64,000 bases of DNA from Candidatus Saliniplasma sp. (GTDB taxonomy: Archaea; Thermoplasmatota; Thermoplasmata; Halarchaeoplasmatales; Halarchaeoplasmataceae): contig JAWOGF010000038.1 in assembly GCA_046497075.1 (NCBI GenBank), positions 1,306 to 65,305 on the forward strand, given 5' to 3'. Of the stretch, positions 28,708 through 38,678 are shown piece after piece; position 1 is the first letter of the stretch; every line of letters starts with the position of its first letter. The notes below the pieces were generated by a model. It was given only the letters and a program-made list of their open reading frames with translations, was not told the DNA's origin and did no database searches. The translations under genes and the position numbers were made by a program.

Positions 28708-29935
28708 CTAAATCACCTTTTTCTTCTTTTTTAAAAGTCATACCTTTCGACCCTTTCACAAACATTTGTTCGATTATACTGATAGCATCTTTCATGTATA
28801 CATCATCGAGATAGATATTGATGGTCGCTTTACTCGTTGTGACCTCGATGATATTGATATCCCTTGATGAAAGCATCTTAGTGATCCTAGCCACCCATCC
28901 AGGGTGATCAACGAACCTGGGATGAGTGACCTCTAAAAGACAAACATCCTCCCTATGTGTTATAGCTTTGAAAGAATCCAAATTTCGATGCAGATATCGA
29001 ACGATATCCTCTCCGTCGAAACCGCCAAATATCGTGATCGATTTTTCACCACTGCTGATACCGCTTACTTCAACGTCCCCTCTTTGGTTTAACACGGCGA
29101 ATATGGAATTTAGATTGTAAGGGTTCAAATCACATATGACCGTCACGGCAGAAAGGTCGTTCTGTTCATTTAAAATATTACACGAAGAAAACTCACCGCA
29201 AACCTCAGTACCACCTTCACTCAGGTCATCCGAAGAAAAGGGTACGATCCTTAACACTTGACCAGGTAGTTTGTATCTCAATCCCTGGTATCTAACTATC
29301 TCAGCACCACCGTGGGCAAGTGCGAACAATTCTTCGATATGGATCTCACTCACGAACCGGCTACCCTCGATAAGATCGGGATCACCTGTTAGAAGGCCTT
29401 CGGTTTCCTTAACCAGTATAACTTCGTCAGCTCCGATGCAGTTTCCCGCTACTAGAGCAGTTGTGTCACTACCTCCTCTACCCAGGGTGGTGGTGTTTCC
29501 TTCGGTATCTTTTCCCAAGAAGCCGCAGATCACCGGTATATCTTCACTGAGAGACGGTACAACATTCTTTTCGAAGGCCCCCCTGGACTGTTCTAGATCC
29601 GGTTCAGCTGCAGTATAACGGTTATCCGTGAATATGGGCCAGTCTTCTTGACTTGGAACTAAGTACCTAGATCGTTCTCCTAGATCCTTCAAAGCAGATG
29701 AAAATACCCTAGCACTCGTCCGTTCTCCCATGGAAACGATCTCGGCATAATCTTTTTCACAAACATCCATCTGATCTGATAGTTCTACCAATTTATCAGT
29801 GGTCGTACCCATGGCCGAGACAACTACGATTATTTCATCAAAACCCGATCGTACGACTTTTTCAGCAGCCTCTTTGATCCTACGACCGTTGGCAAGATCA
29901 GCCCCGCCAAATTTAATAACGGCACGTTCAGTCAT
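28697..29935 (-). CDS. lysC: Aspartate kinase
   Basis: VIKFGGADL start, GRGGSDTT, C-terminal ACT region. Confidence 0.9.
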   Translation of the reverse strand: MTERAVIKFGGADLANGRRIKEAAEKVVRSGFDEIIVVVSAMGTTTDKLVELSDQMDVCEKDYAEIVSMGERTSARVFSSALKDLGERSRYLVPSQEDWPIFTDNRYTAAEPDLEQSRGAFEKNVVPSLSEDIPVICGFLGKDTEGNTTTLGRGGSDTTALVAGNCIGADEVILVKETEGLLTGDPDLIEGSRFVSEIHIEELFALAHGGAEIVRYQGLRYKLPGQVLRIVPFSSDDLSEGGTEVCGEFSSCNILNEQNDLSAVTVICDLNPYNLNSIFAVLNQRGDVEVSGISSGEKSITIFGGFDGEDIVRYLHRNLDSFKAITHREDVCLLEVTHPRFVDHPGWVARITKMLSSRDINIIEVTTSKATINIYLDDVYMKDAISIIEQMFVKGSKGMTFKKEEKGDLVEI

Positions 29936-30740
29936 ACCCTACACCTTTCAAACTCGTAAGAACGTCGTCCATGGAAAATATCCCTGTTTTATCCTGTCTG
30001 ATAGCCCATTCAGCGGCGTGCAGCGCTCCCTGTGCGAAAACTTCACGGGAGAATGAACAGTGTTGGATCTTGATCATCTCGTTTTGACCCGCAATTATCA
30101 GATCGTGTATCCCAGGTATCCCACCGGCCCTAACGGACAAAACCTCCGCTTCATTTTGTTCTCTAGGTGAATACCCCTCTCTACCTGTAACAGTCTCAGT
30201 ATATCCTCTTAAATCTGAAACTAATTCAACCAATCTAGCAGCCGTCCCACTTGGAGAGTCATCTTTTTCATTGTGATGCGCCTCTATTACGCTGAAATCG
30301 TAGTCCTCGGGCAAGATATCGCAAGACTTTACTAATCGATAAAGTAAATTAACTCCCAACGAAAAATTTGGGGCGATAACCGCTGTTACTTCATCGGATA
30401 TACTCTCTTCGATAAACGCCATCTGCTCTGGACTGTACCCGGTGGTACCGATCACCGCTGGAGTTCCAGTGCCTGCCACCTTCGGTAAATTAGATACTTC
30501 CGCCTGGGGCGAGGTGAAACTGATATAGATATCTGCTTCACTGCACATCTCGGATATATTAGAAGGAGGGTTTATCTCGACTTCAGAGGTACCTATCCCC
30601 TCTTCAGCCAAAGTTTTCCCTATCGATCCGTGACTTTCAGATTCGATCGCACCTACCACTTCGTGTCCTTCCGCCTCGGCCTCCTGTATCACCGCTTTTC
30701 CCATCTTACCTAAAGCACCGGCTACACATATGTTAATCAT
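29928..30740 (-). CDS. dapB: 4-Hydroxy-tetrahydrodipicolinate reductase
   Basis: MINICVAGALGKMG N-terminus; EAHHNEKDDSPSGTA catalytic region. Confidence 0.9.
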   Translation of the reverse strand: MINICVAGALGKMGKAVIQEAEAEGHEVVGAIESESHGSIGKTLAEEGIGTSEVEINPPSNISEMCSEADIYISFTSPQAEVSNLPKVAGTGTPAVIGTTGYSPEQMAFIEESISDEVTAVIAPNFSLGVNLLYRLVKSCDILPEDYDFSVIEAHHNEKDDSPSGTAARLVELVSDLRGYTETVTGREGYSPREQNEAEVLSVRAGGIPGIHDLIIAGQNEMIKIQHCSFSREVFAQGALHAAEWAIRQDKTGIFSMDDVLTSLKGVGYD

Positions 30741-31770
30741 AACAAAGACCCCGACAGTAACTATCGTCGTACAGTCTCTCGTCTAGGTCCACGGAGAAGA
30801 AATCTTCTATGGGCTCCAAAATCTCCGGGTTTTCACTGTAAACCTGCCTAACTCTCTCTAACACCTTTTCGAGCCCCTTAGCTGTCATCTTCCCGAGAGG
30901 GGGTCTGCAAGGTCCCGCAGGCATGCCCAGGATATTCATCAGGGTTTTGTAAGGAAGTGGATTTCTTGCACGACATACCACCTCGCCGTATGGTGTTTCC
31001 TCTTTTGTGGTCACCGTAACCATCCCGATAAGGGGGTCTAGTGCTTCTCTGAGTTCTGAGGCCCTATCTATATCACCGGAATGTACTGCTTCTATCATCT
31101 CCTGCACCGAACCTGGAACTACGTTTGAAGCTACAGATATAGCTCCACTAGCTGATATATCTTCAGATGCCATCATCTCAAATGTTTTGCCATCATCTCC
31201 AGATAATATATGGAAATCTTGGCCGCATAGTTCTTTCGTGAGTTCCATGTTTTTCAGATCGCCGGTTGCCTCTTTGACCGCCCGAACATTATCATATTCT
31301 GAGGCTAGGATTGCTAGGTCTTGGGGGTATAATTGGGTACCGCTCCTACCCGGTATAACGTACGGTATTATCTGTAGGTCCGAGAATCTCTCAGCGATGG
31401 GGGCGATGTACTCTTTCCTTATCTCCAAAGAACTAGGCCCGTTGTAATACGGATCCACCAAAAGAACGGCTTCCACTCCGATATCATCTGCATGAGCAGT
31501 TGCTTCAATAGCTTTCTTGGAACAGTTACTTCCCGTTCCTCCGATGGTCCCACATTTACTATCTGTATGCTCGTTGACGAACTCTATCACTTCATTGTGC
31601 TCTTTCCAATCCAGTGTTCCGCTTTCTCCTGTTGTACCCATGGCTAAGATCCCATTGACTCCGTTCTCTATTTGGAACTCGATAAGCTTACTAAGTTTAT
31701 TGTAATCGACATTACGATTATCGTCCATAGGCGTTATCAGGGCTGTACTGCATCCTTCGTATATATCCAT
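30733..31770 (-). CDS. dapA: 4-Hydroxy-tetrahydrodipicolinate synthase, with a ~50-aa C-terminal extension containing CRGLC
   Basis: ALITPM...GILAMGTTGESGTL DapA family signature; 345 aa versus the usual ~295. Confidence 0.85.
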   Translation of the reverse strand: MDIYEGCSTALITPMDDNRNVDYNKLSKLIEFQIENGVNGILAMGTTGESGTLDWKEHNEVIEFVNEHTDSKCGTIGGTGSNCSKKAIEATAHADDIGVEAVLLVDPYYNGPSSLEIRKEYIAPIAERFSDLQIIPYVIPGRSGTQLYPQDLAILASEYDNVRAVKEATGDLKNMELTKELCGQDFHILSGDDGKTFEMMASEDISASGAISVASNVVPGSVQEMIEAVHSGDIDRASELREALDPLIGMVTVTTKEETPYGEVVCRARNPLPYKTLMNILGMPAGPCRPPLGKMTAKGLEKVLERVRQVYSENPEILEPIEDFFSVDLDERLYDDSYCRGLCYD

Positions 31771-32096
31771 AATACCACTGTTTTCCGTGTATAGTAAACA
31801 TCTATAAATAATTTACTAAATAAAAGTACGTTATTCGTAATAGAAATTATAATATCGTAATTTTCGGGGCATGATTCCCTATACAGATTTATTGGCCGGA
31901 ATATGTGAAATCAGTGAGCAGACTTTGGACATATTGAAGGATCATGCTGGGGATAGTTACTATAAGGGGGTATTACGTACAAAGTTAGAGTTTGGTGTCC
32001 GTGATCCTGTTCCTGCCCCAAACCTAAAAAACCGTGGATAAGGTGTAAGGAATCTCAGAGAGGTATAAAAAGAATGAAAGAAAGGGTAATACTCTC

Positions 32097-33590
32097 TCAG
32101 CCCAAGAATCCCCTTAGATTAGCCGCCCTCTGTATTTGATCACAAGTGAAGTCGTAATTCCCTTTTTTCAATGCCTCCACTACCTGATCAGTGATCTCTT
32201 TGTGTTGTTTATCGGTGTTCACCTGGATTCCGGTATGTTCTATCGATCTCTTCAGTTCTTCTGGTATAAAGGGACAGTCTGGATTATAGAACTTCAGTGC
32301 AGTCCTCAGATCGTCGTCGAAATTGATATATATGTCTCGGAGATAATCCAAATCTCTTTCATTTAAAGCGTTCAAACCGAGGATTTCAGGAGGTAATCCG
32401 ATAGAATAAAGGGCAGCGGTAAAAGTGATAGCCCTGGGAAGTGTTATTCCCCCCATATCTCGTGAATAACCGAACAAGCCCACATGGAGTTTTCTCTTCC
32501 TTCTATTAGGAACATATTTTGCAATCCTATTGATAACGGATTCCAATGACGGTATCTGTTTTTGATATTCACGAGAATACCTATCGATGATCTCAAAACT
32601 CCTTTCTTCGTCTATGTTCTGTGGAGGACTAGTACTTCTTCTTTTTAGCTTCCTTATCCCCTCCCTAACCTCTTCAGGGGAATTATCGTATTTGAAGGCC
32701 GATTGGATCGTAAAGGTATGTACGCTTGGATAGTCTTCCACGATTTTTTCAACCGTCTGTGGTCTAAGATTTCCTCTAAAAGGTGCAGACCCTACACCTA
32801 GAATGGGGTACATATCGACCCCCGTATCTTCGGATAGTTTTTGTATCCGCCCTAGAGCTATCTTGTTTAAAAGTATCGCAGTGATATTTCCATAATTCAT
32901 AGCGGTATCCGACCTCGCTAGAAACACTCTCTGATGTTCAATATTCTTGCCTTTCAAATACTCTTTTGTGATATGATATACGTTCAGCATATTTTCCCGG
33001 TCCTCAAGCAGTGGTATAACGTTGACCAAGTCTGGTTTGAATTCACCTATCCATTCATTGATCTTCATACCACTCCCTTCAAAGGATTTTGTTTCCTTCC
33101 CTATCACAAAATCTCTGTAATATTTGTATATCCTATCCAGGCTGGCAGCGGAAGTCGTCATGGGAAGGATCACCTCGAATATCGGAGGTTTATCGTCACC
33201 ATAAAACAGTTTCGAGGTATCGAAGGACCTAGGAATACTCTCTAAAGTTTCGATGAGTATCTTTGCCTCCGCCTTTTCGATCGCCGGGTTTGGTACTCTC
33301 AAAGTGATTGAAACATCCTCTCCGATCCTATTTTCCCTAAAATAATCCTGGTATCTTGTGAGCAGCTTTTTCACTACATAACTATCAGCTTCTTTCCCTT
33401 CACAATCCCACATCTGCTCATCAGCCCCAAGATGTGAGAATGCGTAATACGCTTCTTTTATCTCATCTTCACCACCGATCTCAGAGTTCTCAGCAAAGAA
33501 GGGGATATGTACATTATCCGGGTGTTGAGTACTCATACACTTTGGTATCTTCATCTTTCCACAATCCTGTAGGTAATGATGTAAGTTCAA
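32097..33590 (-). CDS. ppcA: Archaeal-type phosphoenolpyruvate carboxylase
   Basis: N-terminal KIPKCMSTQHPDN signature of the archaeal PEPC family; ~490 aa. Confidence 0.85.
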   Translation of the reverse strand: MNLHHYLQDCGKMKIPKCMSTQHPDNVHIPFFAENSEIGGEDEIKEAYYAFSHLGADEQMWDCEGKEADSYVVKKLLTRYQDYFRENRIGEDVSITLRVPNPAIEKAEAKILIETLESIPRSFDTSKLFYGDDKPPIFEVILPMTTSAASLDRIYKYYRDFVIGKETKSFEGSGMKINEWIGEFKPDLVNVIPLLEDRENMLNVYHITKEYLKGKNIEHQRVFLARSDTAMNYGNITAILLNKIALGRIQKLSEDTGVDMYPILGVGSAPFRGNLRPQTVEKIVEDYPSVHTFTIQSAFKYDNSPEEVREGIRKLKRRSTSPPQNIDEERSFEIIDRYSREYQKQIPSLESVINRIAKYVPNRRKRKLHVGLFGYSRDMGGITLPRAITFTAALYSIGLPPEILGLNALNERDLDYLRDIYINFDDDLRTALKFYNPDCPFIPEELKRSIEHTGIQVNTDKQHKEITDQVVEALKKGNYDFTCDQIQRAANLRGFLG

Positions 33591-33842
33591 TATAAAATCT
33601 TAGTACCGTCTATCGTATCCTAGGGAGTACATATTATTTTTATAGTACTCTTCACTACGGCTTTCGTTCACATGCGTTATCAAATCCGTTTTGGATATTT
33701 TGTACATATTCATGTTGCCACCGATCATGTTGCATTTATCCGACGTATAAAAAATTTTCCCACTACTTATACGAACATCGTATGTATATTACTTATTACG
33801 TAAAATAGTAAAATTTAAACCTCTTCGACCTATTTTATCTGC

Positions 33843-34238
33843 ATGGATGAAATCGATAGGGATATCTTGGACATATTGAGGGAAAATTCTAGAGCTAATT
33901 ACATCGATATCGCAGATAAGGTCGGTCTGACCGAGGGCGCGATAAGAAAGAGGGTGAAGAAGCTGAAAGAAAGTGGGGTGATAAAGAGATTTACGATAGA
34001 GGTCAGTGCAGAGGTGGAAGGTTTGGTGATCATAAAATCTGATCCGGCCCAAACTAAAGAAGCAGCAAAAAAGGTAAAGGAGCACGCTGAAAAAGTCTAT
34101 GAATTATCAGGGGAATATGACATCATAGCTCTGATACATTCCTATGATATATCAGATCTGAATGAAAAGGTAGACAAGATAAGAGAAACACCCGGTATAT
34201 CATACACATCTACTCTCATCAAATTAAAAGAACATTGA
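33843..34238 (+). CDS. Lrp/AsnC-family transcriptional regulator
   Basis: N-terminal HTH (DRDILDILRENSRANYIDIADKVGLTEGAIRKRVKKL) plus a C-terminal RAM domain. Confidence 0.8.
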   Translation: MDEIDRDILDILRENSRANYIDIADKVGLTEGAIRKRVKKLKESGVIKRFTIEVSAEVEGLVIIKSDPAQTKEAAKKVKEHAEKVYELSGEYDIIALIHSYDISDLNEKVDKIRETPGISYTSTLIKLKEH

Positions 34239-34257
34239 TATCCAAGAGATCAGTCAT

Positions 34258-34788
34258 TTAAAGTAGATCCGCGGGGGTAACGATCTTCCAGCTATTGTCT
34301 TCGTCCTTGATCATAACGGCGTTGTACTTCTTTTCTTTTAACAATTCTACGACTACAGATTTAGGACTTTTAGCAGGTAATATCGGGAAGGAATGTTTCA
34401 TGATCTCTTCCACTTCCTTGTTCCTATCTTCATCGACTATGTCGATACTCAAAACCATCCCTACATAGTCATCACCTTCTTTGACAGGGATCTGAGAATA
34501 GTCGTTCTCTAACATCAGTTTAACAGCTTTACTCACCGGGTCTCCTACCTCAACCGATATTATATCATCCTGAGCAAAATCCTTAGCGTATTCGTTTTTC
34601 CTATTCTCCTGTAAAACATCGTATATCTTCTTGATTGATTCGTAATTGGGAACGTTCTCTTTCCTCTCTAACTTAGCTATCAAAGATTGGGAAACTCCGG
34701 CTCTATCCGCTAGTTTTTTCTGGGACCAACCTAATTCCTGTCTTCTTGATCTAATCTCTTTCACCAACTTATCGAAATCCATCAACAT
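34258..34788 (-). CDS. XRE-type HTH regulator fused to a CBS-domain pair
   Basis: LGWSQKKLADRAGVSQSLIAKLE HTH; CBS-like C-terminal region. Confidence 0.65.
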   Translation of the reverse strand: MLMDFDKLVKEIRSRRQELGWSQKKLADRAGVSQSLIAKLERKENVPNYESIKKIYDVLQENRKNEYAKDFAQDDIISVEVGDPVSKAVKLMLENDYSQIPVKEGDDYVGMVLSIDIVDEDRNKEVEEIMKHSFPILPAKSPKSVVVELLKEKKYNAVMIKDEDNSWKIVTPADLL

Positions 34789-35096
34789 CGTATCCAGCTC
34801 TTTGATCTTTTGGAGTTAAGGATTCAATGTTGTATTAACCTTTTCGTAAAATCTAGGAAAAAGCGGTGAGATCACAGATAATTAAAAATTATTCGAATAA
34901 TAATCAATTTCGTATTATTCTAATCGTACAAAATTAATAAAAATGACAATATTTATATAATAGCTTGTTTTATCACCGGATAACATGACCACTACAATCA
35001 CCATGGAAAACGAATTCGCTAGGGATACGATGAATTATAGAAGGGGGGATCGATTTATGCCCCTCCCGGGCACATGAAAATAGTTATAATATTATA

Positions 35097-36281
35097 GTGG
35101 TGAAAATTGGTGGTTCTTGTTTAAAGGATGGATATTCTTTAGGAACCTCTCTAGAGAAAGTAGAGAAATGCTTAGATGATGGGTATCATCCCATACTGGT
35201 TTTATCTGCACTAAATGGACTTACAGATGATCTGATCGATATTGTAAATTTTAATATCGATGATGATCCCAGTACTTCAGACTCGATACTTTCCGAAGGA
35301 GAAATGCTCAGTAGTAGGATCTTCAAGAAGATATTGAAGCATAAGGGCCGTGACTCCAAGATCATCGACGTGAATGAAAAACATTTTCCGATCATAACAT
35401 ACGAAAAAGACGGCAATATCGAGGTTGATCTTGAAAGAACCAGATCTGAGTTGGAAAAGAAACTAAAACCATTGATCAATAAAGGAGTTATACCTATAAT
35501 ACCTGGCTTTCTTGGAAAAACAAAAGAAGGAAAGATCACAACCCTCGGCAGAGGTGGGTCCGACACAACGTCTGTTTTGATAGGTTCACTGCTGAACGCA
35601 TCTGAAGTGGTTTTATTAAAGGATGTGCCGGGTATATTACGGTGTGATCCAAATTTCAGAACATCTGATAAGATAATAGAAAACATTAGCGTACATAGAG
35701 CCGTCGAACTGGGATTGAACGGTGGAGATGTGATAAATCCTGAGGCTCTAAAGTATAAGAGCAAAGATACTGATGTAAGGATAGTTGATTACGATAATGA
35801 TGATTTTCTGAGCTGCGGTACGAAAATAACCGGCAGTATAGATGTAATAACACAAGCGAATATATATGGTACAAAAGCATTGGTCTCTCTGGTCTCGCAT
35901 TCAGACGATAAAGATGTTGATAGATACAAAGAGATAGCTAGTAAGTGGTTAACAGAACCATGTTGTAGTTTTAGGTCTGATAACTCATATTCATTTTGTC
36001 TAGAGGAGGAGGAGCTCGACGATAATTTATGTCTACTCTATGATATCATGAGAGAGGAAGACGAAAGCTTCGCAGTAGGTTACAAAACAGATATCTCCTT
36101 GATCGAGATAAAGTCGAATTACCTGCCAAGCTTTTCAGACATCTTTTACCAGATCCTTCATGAATTGAATAAGAATTCTGTAAGGATACTGAATTCTAAA
36201 TTTGAATCAAACGAACTATATATAGTTATTAAAAATAACAATATCGAGAAAATAAAAACCATTTTAGAGGTGATAAAATGA
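35097..36281 (+). CDS. Aspartate kinase-like amino-acid kinase, second copy and divergent. Probably has an alternative (non-ATG) start codon.
   Basis: VKIGGSCL start, GRGGSDTT, same domain order as lysC, directly upstream of a second asd. Confidence 0.65.
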   Translation: MVKIGGSCLKDGYSLGTSLEKVEKCLDDGYHPILVLSALNGLTDDLIDIVNFNIDDDPSTSDSILSEGEMLSSRIFKKILKHKGRDSKIIDVNEKHFPIITYEKDGNIEVDLERTRSELEKKLKPLINKGVIPIIPGFLGKTKEGKITTLGRGGSDTTSVLIGSLLNASEVVLLKDVPGILRCDPNFRTSDKIIENISVHRAVELGLNGGDVINPEALKYKSKDTDVRIVDYDNDDFLSCGTKITGSIDVITQANIYGTKALVSLVSHSDDKDVDRYKEIASKWLTEPCCSFRSDNSYSFCLEEEELDDNLCLLYDIMREEDESFAVGYKTDISLIEIKSNYLPSFSDIFYQILHELNKNSVRILNSKFESNELYIVIKNNNIEKIKTILEVIK

Positions 36282-37330
36282 AAGTTGGAATCATAGGAGC
36301 TACTGGTTTAGTAGGACAAAGGTTCGTACAACTGCTTAACAACCATCCGTATTTCGAAATATCTGAACTGGTAGCTAGCGAAGAATCAGTAAACAAAGCT
36401 TATGAAGATGCAGTAGAGAATAAGATAAAAAGGATACCGAAAGAGGTTAAAGGAAAAAATGTAAGCGCAGTTGACGACGATCTCGATTGTCAGGTGGTCT
36501 TCTCTGCATTACCTTCTAGAGTAGCGGGAGAAGCAGAAAGATCGCTGGTCGAACGGGGGCATGTGGTTTTGACCAACGCCAGTTCGCACAGGATGGAAGA
36601 GGGTGTCCCTTTAGTCATCCCTGAGGTAAATCCAGATCATGTACAGTTAGTAGAAAGATGGGTCGAAGAGAAAGATCAGGGTTTTATCGTAGCCAATCCA
36701 AATTGTTCTACCATCCAATTGGCACTTGCCCTAAAACCCATCTACGATAGGTTCTGTATCGATAAGGTGAACGTAGTAACACTCCAGGCCCTCTCAGGTG
36801 CAGGGTACGGAGGAGTCGCAGCCTTAGAAGCTGCGGATAACGTGATACCTTATATCCCAGGAGAAGAGGAAAAGATAGAGAAAGAGATGCTTAAGATATT
36901 TGGGAAACTGGATGATGATGGAATAGAAAGGGATGATCTAACGGTCAGTGCTTCATGCAACAGGGTAAATGTGAGTGACGGGCATCTTGAAAGCGTCTCT
37001 ATCGAAACCAGTGAAAAACCCGAACTATCGGAATTGAAAGGATGTTTGAAAGACTTCAAAGGCGTTCCTCAAGAATTAAATTTACCGAGTGCTCCGAAAA
37101 GACCGGTCGTACTGTGTAAAGGAAAGGATCGACCTCAACCCCGGGTAGATTTAGAGGACAATCACTCGATGTCTGTATATGTGGGAAGGGTAAGAAAAGA
37201 TAGTATACTGGATTACAAATTTACAGTTCTAGGACATAACACTATAAGAGGAGCAGCCGGAGCCAGTGTGTTGAACGCCGAACTGCTGCATTCAAGAGGC
37301 TATCTTGGAAGAGGTGAAATAGATGAGTGA
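36278..37330 (+). CDS. asd: Aspartate-semialdehyde dehydrogenase (second copy)
   Basis: IIGATGLVGQ, SGAGYGG, CNRVNV; ~55% identity to 27655..28707. Confidence 0.9.
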   Translation: MKVGIIGATGLVGQRFVQLLNNHPYFEISELVASEESVNKAYEDAVENKIKRIPKEVKGKNVSAVDDDLDCQVVFSALPSRVAGEAERSLVERGHVVLTNASSHRMEEGVPLVIPEVNPDHVQLVERWVEEKDQGFIVANPNCSTIQLALALKPIYDRFCIDKVNVVTLQALSGAGYGGVAALEAADNVIPYIPGEEEKIEKEMLKIFGKLDDDGIERDDLTVSASCNRVNVSDGHLESVSIETSEKPELSELKGCLKDFKGVPQELNLPSAPKRPVVLCKGKDRPQPRVDLEDNHSMSVYVGRVRKDSILDYKFTVLGHNTIRGAAGASVLNAELLHSRGYLGRGEIDE

Positions 37331-38594
37331 TGATAAATACAACTTTGATACACATTCGATACACTCCGAAGATCATGACGATGATTCAGTTTCATGCACC
37401 ACACCGATACACTCTACAGCTTCATATCTTTTCAAAGATACTGAAGAAGCTGCAGACCTGTTTTCATTAGAGAAGACCGGTGATATATATTCAAGGATAT
37501 CAAACCCTACAACACGTGTATTTGAAGATAGGATAACGAACCTTGAAGGCGGTGTCGGAGCCGTCGCTACTTCTTCCGGCATGGCAGCTATCAATCTGAT
37601 AATCTCCTCTCTGGCGGATAAAGGTGACAATATTGTTTCGTCCTCTAAACTATACGGCGGAACTTTCACTCTGTTCACTCAAAGGTTGCCAGAGTACGGT
37701 ATAGAAGTCAGGATGGCTGACAAAGAAAAAGATATCGTTAATAAAATAGATGAGGATACCAAATGTATTCATTTTGAAACTATCGGTAATCCCTCGCTAG
37801 AGGTTCCCGACTTTGAAAGAATATCACAGATCGCACATGAAAATGGGTTGCCTTTAGTTGTAGATAATACTTTCGCCACCCCCTACTTATGCAAACCTAT
37901 CGAGCACGGTGCTGATATCGTTTGGCACAGCACTACAAAATGGATCAACGGTCACGGTAATGCCATCGGCGGAATAGTGATAGACTCGGGTAACTTCGAT
38001 TGGAAAAAAGCCAAATTTGAACAGTTCTACAAGGAGGATGACTCTTACCATGGTCTGTCATTTTATGAACAATTCAAAGAGAGAGCCTTCATCGAATACT
38101 GCAGATGTAAAGGTCTTAGAGATTTTGGAGCATGTCCTAGTCCTTTCAACAGTTTCCTAAATCTGATTGGTTTAGAAACCCTCTCTTTGAGGATGGATAA
38201 ACACTGCAGTAACGCAGAGAAATTGGCTAGATTTTTGAAGGGGCATGAGAAAGTAAACTGGGTAAGTTACCCCGGACTGGAGGATCATACATTTCACAGC
38301 ACAGCGAGCAGATATCTTAAAAATGGTTACGGGGCCGTCCTTACCTTCGGTCTCGATGGGGGATACAAAGCCGGTAAGAAATTGATAGAAGAAGTCGAAC
38401 TTATCAGTTTCAGTGCTAATCTAGGAGATACAAAATCATTGATAATTCATCCTTCAAGTACTATCCATCGACAATTGAATGAAGAAGAAAAAAAGAGATC
38501 GGGAGTTACTGATGATCTGATCAGATTCAGCGTGGGTATCGAAGACCCGATAGATATCAAGAAGGATCTCAAGAGAGCTTTAAATAAGATATGA
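37323..38594 (+). CDS. metY: O-acetylhomoserine sulfhydrylase (PLP-dependent Cys/Met metabolism family)
   Basis: HSTTKWINGHG PLP-lysine region. Confidence 0.8.
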   Translation: MSDDKYNFDTHSIHSEDHDDDSVSCTTPIHSTASYLFKDTEEAADLFSLEKTGDIYSRISNPTTRVFEDRITNLEGGVGAVATSSGMAAINLIISSLADKGDNIVSSSKLYGGTFTLFTQRLPEYGIEVRMADKEKDIVNKIDEDTKCIHFETIGNPSLEVPDFERISQIAHENGLPLVVDNTFATPYLCKPIEHGADIVWHSTTKWINGHGNAIGGIVIDSGNFDWKKAKFEQFYKEDDSYHGLSFYEQFKERAFIEYCRCKGLRDFGACPSPFNSFLNLIGLETLSLRMDKHCSNAEKLARFLKGHEKVNWVSYPGLEDHTFHSTASRYLKNGYGAVLTFGLDGGYKAGKKLIEEVELISFSANLGDTKSLIIHPSSTIHRQLNEEEKKRSGVTDDLIRFSVGIEDPIDIKKDLKRALNKI

Positions 38595-38678
38595 GGTGAT
38601 AATATTATTACAAAGTACATAAAAAAAATCGATGTTGACAGTTTCGAACTAGAAGGTGGTAAAAACATACCCCTGACT

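Noticed and set aside
31871-32041. 56-codon ORF (MIPYTDLLAGICEISEQTLDILKDHAGDSYYKGVLRTKLEFGVRDPVPAPNLKNRG) between dapA and ppcA
   Set aside because: No recognisable family, no clear RBS, and it lies in the promoter regions of two convergently arranged operon ends. It could be real, but the evidence is insufficient.
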